A stretch of DNA of 64,000 nucleotides from the human T2T-CHM13v2.0 reference genome, Homo sapiens. This document shows, in pieces, positions 26,594 to 39,713 of this stretch (position 1 is its first letter; every line of letters starts with the position of its first letter). The position numbers and the translations under genes are program-made. The notes beneath the pieces were generated by a model that saw only the letters and a list, made by a program, of their open reading frames with translations, was not told where the DNA came from and ran no database searches. Location of the stretch: the NCBI RefSeq assembly GCF_009914755.1, contig NC_060942.1. One strand, given 5' to 3'.

Positions 26594-27115
26594 ACGTATA
26601 TATATGAAGATACTAGGGACAAAAGTAAAGCAGTGTCAATCACTTACATTTATAAATAAACTTAGACCTAGGAAAATGAAGCCACTTGCCACAAGCCACA
26701 GAACTAATCAGTAGCAGGTTTGGTAGAAGAATGCAAACCTCTTAACTCCCAGTCCCGTAATGTTTCTACACATTGAATAGCATATAATTGCAAAGAATAC
26801 ACCAAAGTAACTGTGTTAATTTCTCACTAGTCACGTCAGCAGGAAAACTCAGGTTTAACAAATAACAAATTGGAAACAGCCCTCAAGGCACCACTCCAAA
26901 GCTGGTCTGCCAGTCTAGGAGCCTGTGATCCCAAGTTGTGAGTCAGAGCCATTCCAATGAGTCACATTGCAATGCTGGCCCCCTGGGCATCTCACTGTAT
27001 TTGGAGGAGCAATTCCAAATAAGCAGACAGATGGGCTCCATGCAGACCATAAGCCAGAAAGCCTGCTCCTGTATGCTTGCCTGGGGATGCTGAAAGTGGT
27101 TACCTGTCATGAGTG

Positions 27116-27137
27116 ATATATATATATATATATATAT
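27116..27137 (+). repeat. (TA)n microsatellite
   Basis: Direct read. Confidence 0.95.
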
Positions 27138-27489
27138 TCCTTCTACTCACCTGTACCTGCTACAGAAGAAGTCAGATTAGGTAATTTCCTACCCTAGAGC
27201 GACTTGAGCAGTAGGTATCTTGCTCCAAGATATCCCCACTAGTGTCAATTCAAAGTTTCTAAAATTTTAAACTTAAAAAAGTATTTATTACTGTGATTCT
27301 TAAAAGCCCTTTTGTATTTTAAGAACCACCTTATTTACATTTAATAAAATGTAAAGAATAAAATGTAAATCTTTGGGCAAGGGAAATGAGATTAACTTAG
27401 GAGACCACTCGTTACTAGGAAACATGAGAAAGAAAAAGGGGAATATGGAAGTATCAGAATTCAAATTAATATGCTTCATCTGTCATTAA

Positions 27490-27830
27490 CTTTTTCTGAG
27501 CACTTAATATATATCAGGCCTGAGCTAGGTGCTGGAAGGACAAAGATGAATAAGGTGTGGTCTCTGTTCTCAAGTTCAAGAGTCTCTTAGACAAGCAAAG
27601 GAAAGAAATGTGAATAATCGCAACATTATGCAATGAAGTGTTTTAATGGTGATATTAAAAGTGTTTTAATTATGAAAAAACAGATGAGGGCTACATGAAA
27701 ATTTCCAAAAAATAGATTATATTTGCCGAGGAAGTGATGGTCAGACTATTTATAAATAAGGAGAAGCTCATCATGAAACAAAGAAGGCATTTGAAGCTGA
27801 AGAAGCAATATGCACAAAGGCACAGAAACA
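27490..27830 (-). mobile_element. L2 3' portion
   Basis: 'tgagcacttaatatatatcaggcctgagctaggtgctggaaggacaaagatgaataaggtgtggtctctgttctcaag'. Confidence 0.8.
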
Positions 27831-27905
27831 AAATAGATACTTTACCCTCTGGAATAACAAGCAATTTGGAATAAATATAATGGTGACATCACACACATCC
27901 ATTTT

Positions 27906-28019
27906 TAGGGTGACTAGCCATTCCAGTTTGGCTTGGTCTAAGGTGAGTCCTGGGGCACGGGACTTTTAATGCTAAAACCAGGAAAATCCTGAGTAAACTG
28001 AAATGAGTTGGTCACCCCA
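27906..28019 (+). mobile_element. MER81 (hAT-Blackjack MITE), 114 bp
   Basis: TIRs tagggtgac.../...gtcacccca, internal 'gggacttttaatgctaaaaccaggaaaatcctg'. Confidence 0.88.
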
Positions 28020-30054
28020 TAGATGGCCATGAGGAGAAAGATGTTTATGTTTGGGAAAAAGTAGCAAAGCAAATTGCATAGTAGAAACCATACTGAACCA
28101 GGAGTTAGAAGCCCTGAAGGTGAACTTGGCTTTGTCATTACAAGGAGTCTTCTTGGAATCACTTTTCTAATGGCTACTTGGGCAAGGAAGCTCTGGTATA
28201 ATTTCAAGCTCAATAGCTCCATCATTCTAAATGTCTTGGGACATTTAGAGCAAAGAGCAAAGTGAGGTAGAATCACCTGCCTGAACAACAGATCATTCCA
28301 TAGAACAGTAATTCCAAGAGTACATGTCTTTCATGCACAAGTTATCTGAAGCCTTCCCCAAAAGCAAAAAGAGCCTCAGGAGCTAGAAATCTGAGAGACT
28401 ACCTACTGCTACGTGATAACCCATGGAAGCCATAAATATGAGTGTATTAATGCCTTATTCAAAATTAGCCACTTTCAGGCACAAGTCACTGGTTTGTGGC
28501 TAGGCATCAAAATGATTAAAAAACAATCAGTGTCTGTTTATCATTACTATACAGATATATTTTACATTGTAATGATCTGGAGCTGCCAATCTCAGTTGCA
28601 CTGTGGCTTATCACAGACTTTCTTATTCATTCATTCAGTCAATGGATTATAATAATAATTCTTTAGTAGAGGAAAAAAAGTATGTGATACTTGAACTATC
28701 ACTTCACTGAGGTGATTACATAATTTAGATGAGTACCTCTTAGAATTACTAAAGTAGACCAAAAACTAGAATTACTTTTGTAATTGTTCTAGACCAAAGC
28801 AAGAATTACCGAACATGCTTCAGACTTCCAACTGCACAGAACCTCTATTCATATTAACCCCAAAATTCCAAAAATAAATCATGCCTACACTGCACCTTGA
28901 CTGTCTATAAAACATGAAAACAGTGACCAAATTTAGTCCAAGGAAAAAAAAAAGTCAGCATGTGAGTGAGTTAGATGAAGAGTCCTGGAGAAGAATCTTA
29001 AGGGCTCATAATTGGTTGGCTGACTACAGTTAGTGTCTCAGGGCCTTATCCAGACAATCTTCTTTTATGTGAATATCATGAATCCAAAACAAAATGTGAG
29101 CTCCCAAACTAAATTTTCTATTTTCTGGAATTTTAGTTTTCTCATCTACTTCCATAGTTGGGAGATCAGCCCAGCAAGCCTTGCAAAAGTTCTAAAAAAC
29201 AATCAGTTCCATTTCCAACCCCAGTGATTGTTCTCTGCTTCGCAGCTTGTAGCCTCTGCCAGAAAATGAAGCAAACGTTCCTTCTCAAAGCAGGTGCAGC
29301 AGCCTGACAATAATCCAATAAAAAACCTATTAGCTGGGTCTCCATGACACTCCTGGTATCCATGGGACCCACAATATCTTTAATGTAGATAATAAATCCA
29401 GACCATTTCCTTCTGCAATTGCTCCCAATATGGCTCCACTCCTAGGACTGTTCCACTAACCTTTTGTTGCTACATTTTCTCATGAATGCTGAATCACTCT
29501 CTAATCTTTGCCGTGAAACACGTGCAGTCCCACTCAGTGACATGGATCAATCTGCTTGTGTTAGCCAATTGCAATTGCCTACTGAGCCACATCCGTAGAT
29601 TGCAAACAGCAGGCCTAATACTGACCAAGTTTTAAATTATCAGTCATGGGTTGGTGGTTAAGTGATGATGGGTAAAGAGGGAACACAAGAGGTGATTTGA
29701 GACCACTGGAGGCAGTGCGTATATCTCTGAGTAACTCTGCATATGTAAGCTCTAATGCAACAATTTGACCTGCATATGTCAGGTCAAAATGTTAAATAAA
29801 AATTCAAGGAAAAGGTGTTCCAACTCATCTCACATGTCGATTTTACCTTAATATTCCTGTTATCATATCTCATCTCAATTCAGAAATCTTCTATGGCAGG
29901 CTATACTAAAAGACCAAACCTCTCTTTCAGCTGGGATTTAAGAATTTCATCACTAGGTACCCTCCATACATCCAACTCCATCTCTTATTGTTCCCACATT
30001 AACATTCTATTTAAAGAAGCAAAATGGATCACTATTAAATGTGCATGATGGTCA

Positions 30055-30190
30055 TTGTCTTAACACTTTATTTGCTAGACTATAATCTCCATAAAGCAGG
30101 CACCAAATTTGTCACATTTACCCTATATCCACAGCACCTAGCATCTAGTATATACATAATAGTTCTTGCAACTATAAATTAATTTGTACA
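30055..30190 (+). mobile_element. L2 3' end
   Basis: 'ctagactataatctccataaagcaggcacc...tatatccacagcacctagca'. Confidence 0.7.
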
Positions 30191-31264
30191 TATGCTTCTT
30201 GCTCTAAAATTAATGCTCTTTCCCTTCTCTGTATTTTCTTAATTTTCAAGGCCCTGCTTAAATCCTATATCCTCCTGACAGATTTTCCTAGGCCATTCCT
30301 GACTATATTGCCCTATTTTCATCAAAGACCAATTATGTAATATAACCCATGTCTCTTTAATTCTTGACTTGGAAAATGTTAGAACTTTAAAAACACTTAA
30401 AGTTCATCTTGACCGACACTCCACTTTTTATAAATAAGAAGTCTGCAGCCAAAGAAAATACATCACTTGTCCAAGTTTACATAATACATCACAACCAAGA
30501 CTAGAACGAGACATGGGGTTTTGCACAACCCCAGCTCTGTCATAACTTGGTCTTGTCTGCACCAGGAGACTGTCATTCATTCCTTGAAAGCTTGTTAAGT
30601 GTCTGTCAATTCCTCCACAGGCACAGAAGAGATTCCGTCCTGACGTTTGATAAATATTGTTTATTGGCATATTTGTTCCCTGATTTAAAATTGTGAAGTC
30701 TAAAGAACAATGGAAAATCAATGCTGAATAATTTTTAAGTGTTAAATTTTGTCTTTGTTTCATGTTTAATGAAAAATTAAAGTCACTTTAGATCTGCGGT
30801 GATTTGTCTTAAACCAACAAAAACATCTGGGTAGCTATTAAATGTCTTACAAGCTGTAAAAAATCAACAGCCACTCAGAATCAATAGTTCTCCTGGGAAA
30901 CTGTTTCTATTCATCAGTGCTTTCTACAAAATGTGACTGAAGTATTATAATAAGAACCTGGAAAAATAGTAAGGTATGGAAAAAGGGGTGTCATTTCATG
31001 AGATGAAAAGGAAATCTTCAAAAACATTTACTGACCATATCATCTAACCATCTGCTTCTGGAAAAATATATCATAAAAGACATGTGAGCTCCTGCCCTCC
31101 TCAGTACATGTTGTTTCAGAAAAATAAATAAATAAATAAGCCAAATTATAAGACTGTTTGCCAAGGTCCTAAACCCAGCTACATGTCAAACTGGTTAGGT
31201 AAGTAATCTTACAATTGTCTGAGCATTCATGAATATTATGTTTCTGATAAATACAGAAAAGACT

Positions 31265-31685
31265 GTAGTAGTGCCTATTGGCAATTCATCACTCTCCATT
31301 TCCTATCTTTCCCAGAAACACAGGGAAATTTCATTTTCAAACTTGCCTTGCAGTTATCTGTGGTCATTTGACTGAAATCTAAGCCAATGGAATGGGAATA
31401 GAGATATCTGTGCCACCTACACCTTCACACCTGGTCAATGAAAACTGCCTGCATGTTCTCCCACCTTTCAACTGATGGCAACACTAGAACTGTCTTAGCA
31501 GCCTACAGGTGGAAAATGTCAGAGTTGCCATTGATCTGAGCCCCAGAATTTCTGTGTAGAAAAGAGCCACCCTAAGCTCTTTTCTTTTAAGCTGGTGTCA
31601 ACCTAAGCACCAGCCCTAGACAGTTATTATTGTTCAACCCACTGAAATTTTAGGGACTATTCTTTACTGCAGCTTAACATATTGT
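31265..31685 (+). mobile_element. MaLR LTR (MLT1H/I/J-like)
   Basis: 'ccttgcagttatctgtggtcatttgactgaaatctaagccaatggaatgggaatagag' and 'ttcaacccactgaaattttagggactattctttactgcagc'. Confidence 0.7.
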
Positions 31686-32699
31686 AACCAACAACAACAA
31701 CAAAAAATTTCCATGTTACAAGACTGTTGTAAAGTCCAAATTTTTCTTTTAAGATTATATAAATATAATATAAATTGAGAGGGGGATAATTTATTAATTG
31801 CATATATATTGTCCTTTCCCCCTAATTTTGCATGATTTTTACAGGAAAAAAGAAATACCCACACATTTCTGTATTCACATTACTATAAAATTAATATAAT
31901 TTTACCAGTATAAAATTACTAGTAATAAAATATTGCTATATTCCTGATAAATAGGAATATAATATCTTTTAATCTAAAAGCTTTCAGGTAATGCAAATAA
32001 AATTCCTTCAGTCTTTTTTTAATGACAAAGCCACATTAGGAATAAATCAGATTTGAAGCAAAAATTACATAAACAATATCTCCAGTCTTTATTCCATTTG
32101 GATAGTGTAAATCTTGGCCAAAAGAAAGAACCAGAACTTGAAGATGTAATCAAAGACTTTCATTCAGGAGTATCAAGGAATTGTGACCCGTCTCTATAGC
32201 CTCCAGACCTTGACAAAGAAGACAGAATTGCTTCTTAGTTCCTCAGAGCAGAACTGTGCATGAAATGAGACCCATCAATAATTTTCTGGTATGTACTCTT
32301 ACTTGGAAATGGGTGACACATTCCAGAATCAAGCCCTTCCTTATTTCCAGAAGATCATAATTTAGTAGGCAACATAATAATAACTAACACTTTTATGGTA
32401 ACTCGTAGCTCAAAGAATACTCTCAAAGTTTCCTTTCAGTCAATAGTATTACCACCAGGTTTTCACATTTTAATATGAATCTTGACATAGAAACCAGTTG
32501 TTTCTGACTTCACACTATCTCTGAGTTTTCTTATTTATGTTCCATTTCAATATCCAACATCCTACATAAACTTTAAACTCCATATCTGAATTCCTGAAAA
32601 ATACTCCTAATTACTCTTAGCTCAAACACTGTCTCTTTAGTTCCTGTGCCATAGCAGATGCCTTAAAATATTGGTGCATCATATAAAATAAGAATACGT

Positions 32700-32930
32700 A
32701 TCTTCTACTGAATACTAAGCGCTACACTCTATGCTAAATACTCTACATTTATTGTCTTATTTTATTCCTGCAATCACTACATAGTAGATCTCATTTTTCT
32801 CCACATATAATGCTTGAGGACACTGATGCTTAGAGAGGTTAAGTAGCTTGTCTTTACTTGCAATCTTTAGTGGTAGGGATAAAATTCCCTACCTGGCTTG
32901 TCTGACTTAAGAACTTGAAATTTTTATCAT
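32700..32930 (-). mobile_element. MIR SINE
   Basis: 'tgaggacactgatgcttagagaggttaagtagcttgtc...cctggcttgtctgacttaaga'. Confidence 0.75.
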
Positions 32931-33198
32931 TATATTCTATTGTCTTTAGAATAATAATAATAAAAATAAAATGTCCCTTAATCCATTTGTTGGTTTTTAA
33001 GTACAAACCCCCCTCTCAATTCAATCCTTTTCTATCTCAGAGAATTCAAAATGGTCCTCTATGTTGAAACATATTCTCACTTTCTGGTGAAATTCAAACT
33101 TGTTCATAACATCTCCCACAGCTATTACTCTATCATCTTTTTGGCTATACTAAGTAGTCATTTAAACTGAACTTTTTTCTGTGTGTATGTATATGAGG

Positions 33199-34240
33199 TA
33201 TTTTATATATAATAATATATAATATTATACATATTTTATATATTATATATAATATAATATATATATTATAATATATATAATATATATATTATAATATATA
33301 ATTATAAGATATATATTAAAATCTTATAATTATGTATATAATTATGTTTTATACATATAATATATAATAATGTTATATATTAATTATATATAATATATTA
33401 TATATATTCTATTATATATTATATTAATATATTATATATAATAATGTTATATATAACATATTATATTATATATAATGCGTTATATATAATTATGTTATAT
33501 ATAATATATTAATATATTATGTAATTATATTATATATATTTAATATATTATATATTATATTAATATATTATATGTTATATAACATATATTATATATTTAA
33601 CATATAATATATTATATTACATATAATATATATTATATTACATATAATATATAATATATTATATTACATATAATATATTATATATTATATTACATATAAT
33701 ATATTATATATTATATTACATATAATATATAATATATTATATTACATATAATATATAATATATTATATTACATATAATATATAATATATTATATTACATA
33801 TAATATATATTATTTTATTATTATATTATATATCATTATATTATTATTTTATTATTATATTATTATAATATATTAATTTATTATATATAATATATAATAT
33901 ATCATATATTTTTATATACTATATTATATATTATATAATATATATTATATAAAATATATATTATATATTATATAAAATATATAACATATTATATATAATA
34001 TATAATATATAATATATTATATATTATATATTATATATAAATATATATTTATATATAATAAATATATTATATATTATATATTATATATATAAAATATATA
34101 TTATATATCATATATATGATATATATAATATATATTATAGAATTATATATTATATATATCATATATTATATAATTATAATATACTATATATTATATAATA
34201 TATAATTATAATTAACATTATATATTATATAATATTATAC
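33199..34240. repeat. ~1 kb AT-only low-complexity block with an internal 26-bp-period minisatellite
   Basis: Almost entirely A/T. The core tattacatataatat occurs 8 times between ~33615 and ~33806, mostly 26 nt apart. Confidence 0.95.
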
Positions 34241-34384
34241 ACAATACATATTTCTATTCCCTTATATCCCTTTGATCACTCTGTGATCTTGTTCTCCAAA
34301 AAGCCTTTCTCCTCTGTCTTGGCAACTTCCTTTTCTTTCTACTTATAGTTCAGATACACACATATGTACTTACCCACAAGAGTC

Positions 34385-35090
34385 TGAAAATATTTATTTA
34401 ATGCTTATCACCTGTGAGGCAGGGTCTCTTCTAGGTTTCAGCAAAACAGCTGTGAGCAAAGCAGAAAAAGTTCCTACCCTTAAGGAGTTTCCATTCTGGT
34501 AGAGAGACTGACAATTTGTGAACATGCAAATGAGAAATGAAAAATGAAAAGTACTATGAAGAACATAAAACAGGATAAGCCAATAGAAAGTGTCATGGGC
34601 AAGGAGGGGATTATTCTAGCCTGGGTGATTAGGAATGGACTATCTGAAGCTGTACCATTTGCACTAAGGCCTAAATAATGAAAGAGCCAGCCATGCAGAG
34701 GCTTGAAAGAAAGATTTCAGGCAGAGAGAACAGCTGTGCCCCAGAGTGAGAATAAGCTTCTTGTGGCCCCACTATAGCCAGCAGGTGAATGTGGCTGAGG
34801 GTAGTGGGTAAAGGGGAAAAAATGAGGTTGGAGGTGTGGCCGGACATAGAATATCTGGAGCCTAAAAGTCAAGGTTAAGATCCTGGCTGGGTCCTCGGTG
34901 AGGTGGCAAGCAATATGAGTTGGTGAGCCAGGTTTTCCATTTTTTAAGAGTACACTCTGGCTGTTGTATGGAGAATAGACTGTTGATGCAACAACAGTGG
35001 AAGGCAGGAGACAAGTAGTCTATGCAGTGGTCCAGGGGAGACATTTTTATTATGTGGTCTACAGTTATGTTTATGAAGATGGAAATGATA
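34385..35090 (-). mobile_element. L2 (L2a-like) 3' portion
   Basis: 'aaatatttatttaatgcttatca...cagctgtgagcaaagcagaaaaagttcctacccttaaggagtttccattctggt' continuing to 'cactctggctgttgtatggagaatagact'. Confidence 0.85.
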
Positions 35091-35272
35091 GTGTGTGTTT
35101 GGAACATATGTCCTTCACTCTTCTTTTTTTACTTCCAAATTATATTAAGTTTAAATCTATATATGTTACAAACTCTATTGAAGTTTTGAATCTTCTTCCA
35201 GGCTTTTCCTTCTAATCCTCAGCAATTATTTCAGTGTATAATTGCCCAATGTAGTGAGTGTTGATGTACATA

Positions 35273-35353
35273 TTAGGTTGGTGCAAAAGTAATTGAGGTT
35301 TTTGTCATTAAAAAGTGATAGCAAAAATGGTAATTACTTTTGCACGAACCTAT
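35273..35353. mobile_element. MADE1 (Hsmar1-derived MITE), palindromic, TA TSD
   Basis: ta|ttaggttggtgcaaaagtaattgaggtttttgtcatta...gatagcaaaaatggtaattacttttgcacgaacctat|ta. Confidence 0.95.
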
Positions 35354-35461
35354 TACCACAGTAGGCCTTCAACAATATCTCATGTGTAAATGCATACATG
35401 AATTCTAATTTTTATGATTTTCTAGTTTCACATGTGCTGAAGTCGCCGTAGGCTTATCCCC

Positions 35462-35880
35462 TGATACAGTTTGGAAGTGTCCCCACCCCAATCACATGTT
35501 GAAACATAATCCTCAATATTGGAGGTGGGGCCTGGTGGGAGGTCATTGGATCATGGTGTAAATTTCTCATGAATTGTTTAGCACCATCCTTTTGGTGCTG
35601 TTCCCAGGACAGTGAGTGAATTCTTGCAAGATATGGTTGTTTAAAAGTGTGTGGCACCTCCTGCTCTCTTTCTTGCTCCTGCTTTGGCCATGTGATGTGT
35701 CTGCTTCTGCTTCACCTTCTGCTATGAGTAAAAGCTTTCTGAGGCCTCCCCAATGACAAGCTGATGCCAGCACTGTTTCCTGTACAGCCTGTAGAACCAC
35801 GAACCTATTAAACTTCTTTTCTTTGTAAATTACCCAGTCTCCAGTATTTCTTTACAGTAGTGCAAGAATGGCCTAATCCA
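35462..35880 (+). mobile_element. MaLR solo LTR (MSTA/MSTB-like)
   Basis: TG...CA ends, 'ggaggtggggcctggtgggaggt', 'aaattacccagtctc'. Flanks tcccc/tcacc give a 4/5 TSD match. Confidence 0.92.
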
Positions 35881-38800
35881 TCACCCTAGTAGACCTGTAA
35901 TCCCCTCTAAGGATAGAACTTGTCCTTTTTCTTTTTTTTTTCCTTTTTGTTGTAGCAGGGGGTTCTTTACAGGACTAGGTATATTGCTTGACATATATAT
36001 ATTTTACATTTTGAATTTTTTTAAGTAATTCATAATGAAAAAGTAGCACTGATGTGTCCACTATTCAATTTGGCAAATATGGATTGACTATTATAGACTC
36101 CTCCACAAGCAAAAGGCTAAGTATGATGTGTTAAATTTGTTTTAAATGTGGCAGAATAGCAGTGTACTTTGCAGAAGCAGAAAATTCAGACTTTCTAAAG
36201 GTACAGTTTTTCTGAAGAATTTAATGATAAGCTTGGCTAAATATGCCGAGGCTATGTTATGAAGGTCTTCAAAAAATATTGGCCTTCATCCTGCAGGCAA
36301 TGCAGAGAGCTTTTCTGAATAGGCAAATCACCTGAGCAAAGTGTTAACTTGGAGGAAGCGTTCAGGGTTCACTGACTATGGAAGACTTTGAAACCAGATA
36401 GGGCGGAAAGAAACTATTTCAAAATAATCATCTGCATATAAGGAAGAATTAAAGGTAACTGATATTTTTAATGCCTACATATGCTTATGAAAGTGTCAGG
36501 TATTGCTGAAGACTTTATAGACATAATCTCATGTTAATTCTTGAAAAAAATAGAAAGCAAATCATTATTTCAATGGTATGGCTGAGAACTTGAATCTCAG
36601 AGCTTATGTCGTATCTAAAATCATAGAAGTCAGATCAAAATGGTACTAATTAATATTAGTAATAATTCAAAGTCATGTGTAGGAATTGATGTTTAAATAT
36701 GAGGGTACAAGAGAAGCAGCTCAACATCATTGCAAGCTTTTAATCCTGTGGCACTAGAAAATGGGAGTTGCCATTTATGGGTGAGAGATGAAGCTAATAA
36801 AAGAGAGTCTATTCTCCATTTATTTACTTTGTACCTTAGGTTAATTTTCTGGATAACTACCATTCTAATAATATGCCTTCTCAGCAAACTCAATTTTACC
36901 ATATTTGTCTCTAAATTATCTTTGTAAATATCCTGTGCATCTTCCCAAAACAATTTTCCACCACTGAGTGTAAAAGATCATTGTATTTTTCTTTTCTAGT
37001 TGAATATTTGTGGAGAGTTTGGCTAGCAAACCTAAATTACAACATTTTAGTATATATAATTTAGTACAGGGAACAAAAAGAATTAGAGGCATTGCACAGA
37101 GTTTGTAAGATTATTGTTGCTGTTTCCATTGTTTGGTAGAGTGTTTGCAAGTTTAGAGACTAAATTGTAGTTCATTTTTGTTCCTTATCATTTTTTAAAA
37201 CTTTTTGTGTACATTTAAGTTCATAGCATATAAAGGCTTAATTCTCACATTGTTGGTTTTGGAAAATCATCAATTTATAAATGCAATATCCCTTTCTTCT
37301 CAATAAGGGTCATTTTACAAATGGAAAATGTCAAAATTCTTATGGTACAGTTGAAAACAGAAGCACTCCTCATGGTATCTCAGATATGCAGTTAAGAATG
37401 GGAACACATTCTTGATATTTTATTCCCATCCACCCACCCCCTAATGTACCTTTCTTTCTTGAGCTCATGGCCAAGGAAGAAAACGAATGTTTCTAGTTTT
37501 TCCCTGTTATGTCCAACTGTGGTTAAATGTCCCTGAAGCACGTACAGTGGTTTCTTTGTGTCTATGTTTTCTTATCTATGACCACATTTTGCCCTTACAA
37601 TAGCCCCAGCAGATAAGTAGGCAAGTATTACTATCCCCATTGTGCACACAGATGTTCCAAGTTCAAGAATGTTGCCTAAAATCACAAAACTGGATATTGG
37701 CAAATCAGGTCTCTAGACATCCTGCCCATCCATCTTCTTTCTCCTAAACAGCAGCCTATGAGGCTGGACTAACATTTTTCTAGATTAAAGTGATACACAT
37801 TAACTACAGCTGTTTTTCCAAATATGTGGGTGGGTTAGTCAACAGCTGTTCTTAACCCTAAAGAGAAGCAAAAGCACAACCGCAGAGAATGACAACAGGA
37901 AGCATCTTTCAGGCAATTTACAACTTTAGGCCAGGCCTCCATCTGTTGTAATAAATAGAAGAGAGGATTGGGTAATTACCTATTATGTTGATCCCTGTAG
38001 ATAGCCACTTTTCCTAAACCCCTCAAATCACTTTGTCTTTAGAAGCATTTCCTTCCTTCTCTTACCCTCGTATTTTCTGACTGATTGTATGGTAAATACT
38101 TTGAGGGCAGGGACAGGATCTTCTACGTCCCATATAACTAGACTGCTTGGCTTAGTTGGTGCTAACAAGCACCAGGGTGTCACATGGGGTTTCAGAGGTG
38201 GGGCGGGGCACGGGGATCCCATCTCAGTGCTGTACTGGAATCTGCCCAGGATTCTTGTTTATAAGCACAACTGGCCAAGTGCAGACTTTCTGTGATATCT
38301 TTCCCTGACTTCTTAACAGTCAAAATTCAGCCTGTTCTTCAAGATTCAATTAATTCCACCTTCTCCATGAAGATTTACCCAAATATGCAAGTTGATTCCC
38401 CCCAATAGAATCCCTCAAGCTATTGATGACTCCTTTATAGCCCCAAGTCATACCCTACCTTTCACCGTTAATTATGTCTCCTCAATTAAAATAGAAGTTC
38501 AGGGACTGTGCATTTTATTTCTTGTAGTTCTGCCCCACTCACTTCCCTTCTCACCCACTTCTACCCTCAACTAGTATGAGTATGTGGCACAGAATTGAGG
38601 TCATATGAAAAATGACAATGTGAATGATTTTTATAAATATGTTGGGACTTACCCATCCAAGCAAAACCTGTTCCCTTCAAAGCAGTTTTCTTAGAAAGCT
38701 CAGCATATTACAGCCTTTGATGTTCTCTCCTCTCTCAAGTAGGTTCATCTTTTAGAGGGTAGGTAGCTGATGCTTACTTTATTCTATATTAAATAATCTG

Positions 38801-39534
38801 ACCTCTCCTGTGCTTTCTCTTCACCAACAGACTGGGCACATTTCTCCAGTTGAAAATTGTTTCCAACTTGAAGCACTCTAGTTGAGATTAAAAAGATAAG
38901 GCAAATGAAATATCAGAGAATGGCTCAAATATGTATTTAACCAATTGTTGCGTGTCTTTACATTCTTCATGCTCTATGCAGAACAGATCTTTCCTCTTTA
39001 GAGCCCCCATAGCATTGGGAACTCCAACAGAGCACACCCCTGATACACGCAGTGGTGGGCTGCTGCCCTGACTCTTGCTGCCCCACCAGACCATGAGATC
39101 TGGTGGAGCAGTAAACAGGCATTGCTCTTCTGTCTTTGCCTCAAGCCCTCACATAGTATCTTAATTAACACATCCAAGAATCGACCCATTAACTGTTTTA
39201 AAAAAAATCTTTTTCTCTTCGCATTGCTAAAGAAATTCAGGGAAGACACTAAACAGTGTGGATTTGAGAAGCCAAGTAAGATTTCATGGCTTACCACAGA
39301 CCAGATGTACACTTTAATATAGTAAAATATAGGTAGGTAGAGGAAGAAGGAGGAGAGAAACATGAAGCAAAAATATTGATGCTTTGTCTATTATATATCA
39401 ACAAGAAAATTGAGGCATATTTCATCATCACTACCCTACATAGGTTCAGTGATTCTATGAATATTGTTCAATCAAGAAATTGCCTCCATTTGGTAAGAGT
39501 TTCAAGTTACGGATTACCATGGCTTTGAAAGAAA

Positions 39535-39700
39535 GCAGAGTGGCTTTGGGAAATCAGTTAAATTTTCTAGGCCTTGGTTTCCTCATCTTTAAAATGAAAA
39601 TAGTGGTGCTTGTCCTGTCTCCCTAGGATGAAGATAAAGATTATATGAGATAGTATATGTAAAATACTGTGAAAAGTACTAGGGCAAGTATAAGGAATTA
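39535..39700 (+). mobile_element. MIR fragment (contains the donor of duplication B)
   Basis: 'tggctttgggaaatcagttaaattttctaggccttggtttcctcatctttaaaatgaaaata'. Confidence 0.8.
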
Positions 39701-39713
39701 TCATCTAATTTAG
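39610..39713 (+). repeat. Dispersed direct duplication B, copy 1 (probable donor)
   Basis: 104 bp matching 42647-42750 with 4 substitutions. Confidence 0.95.
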
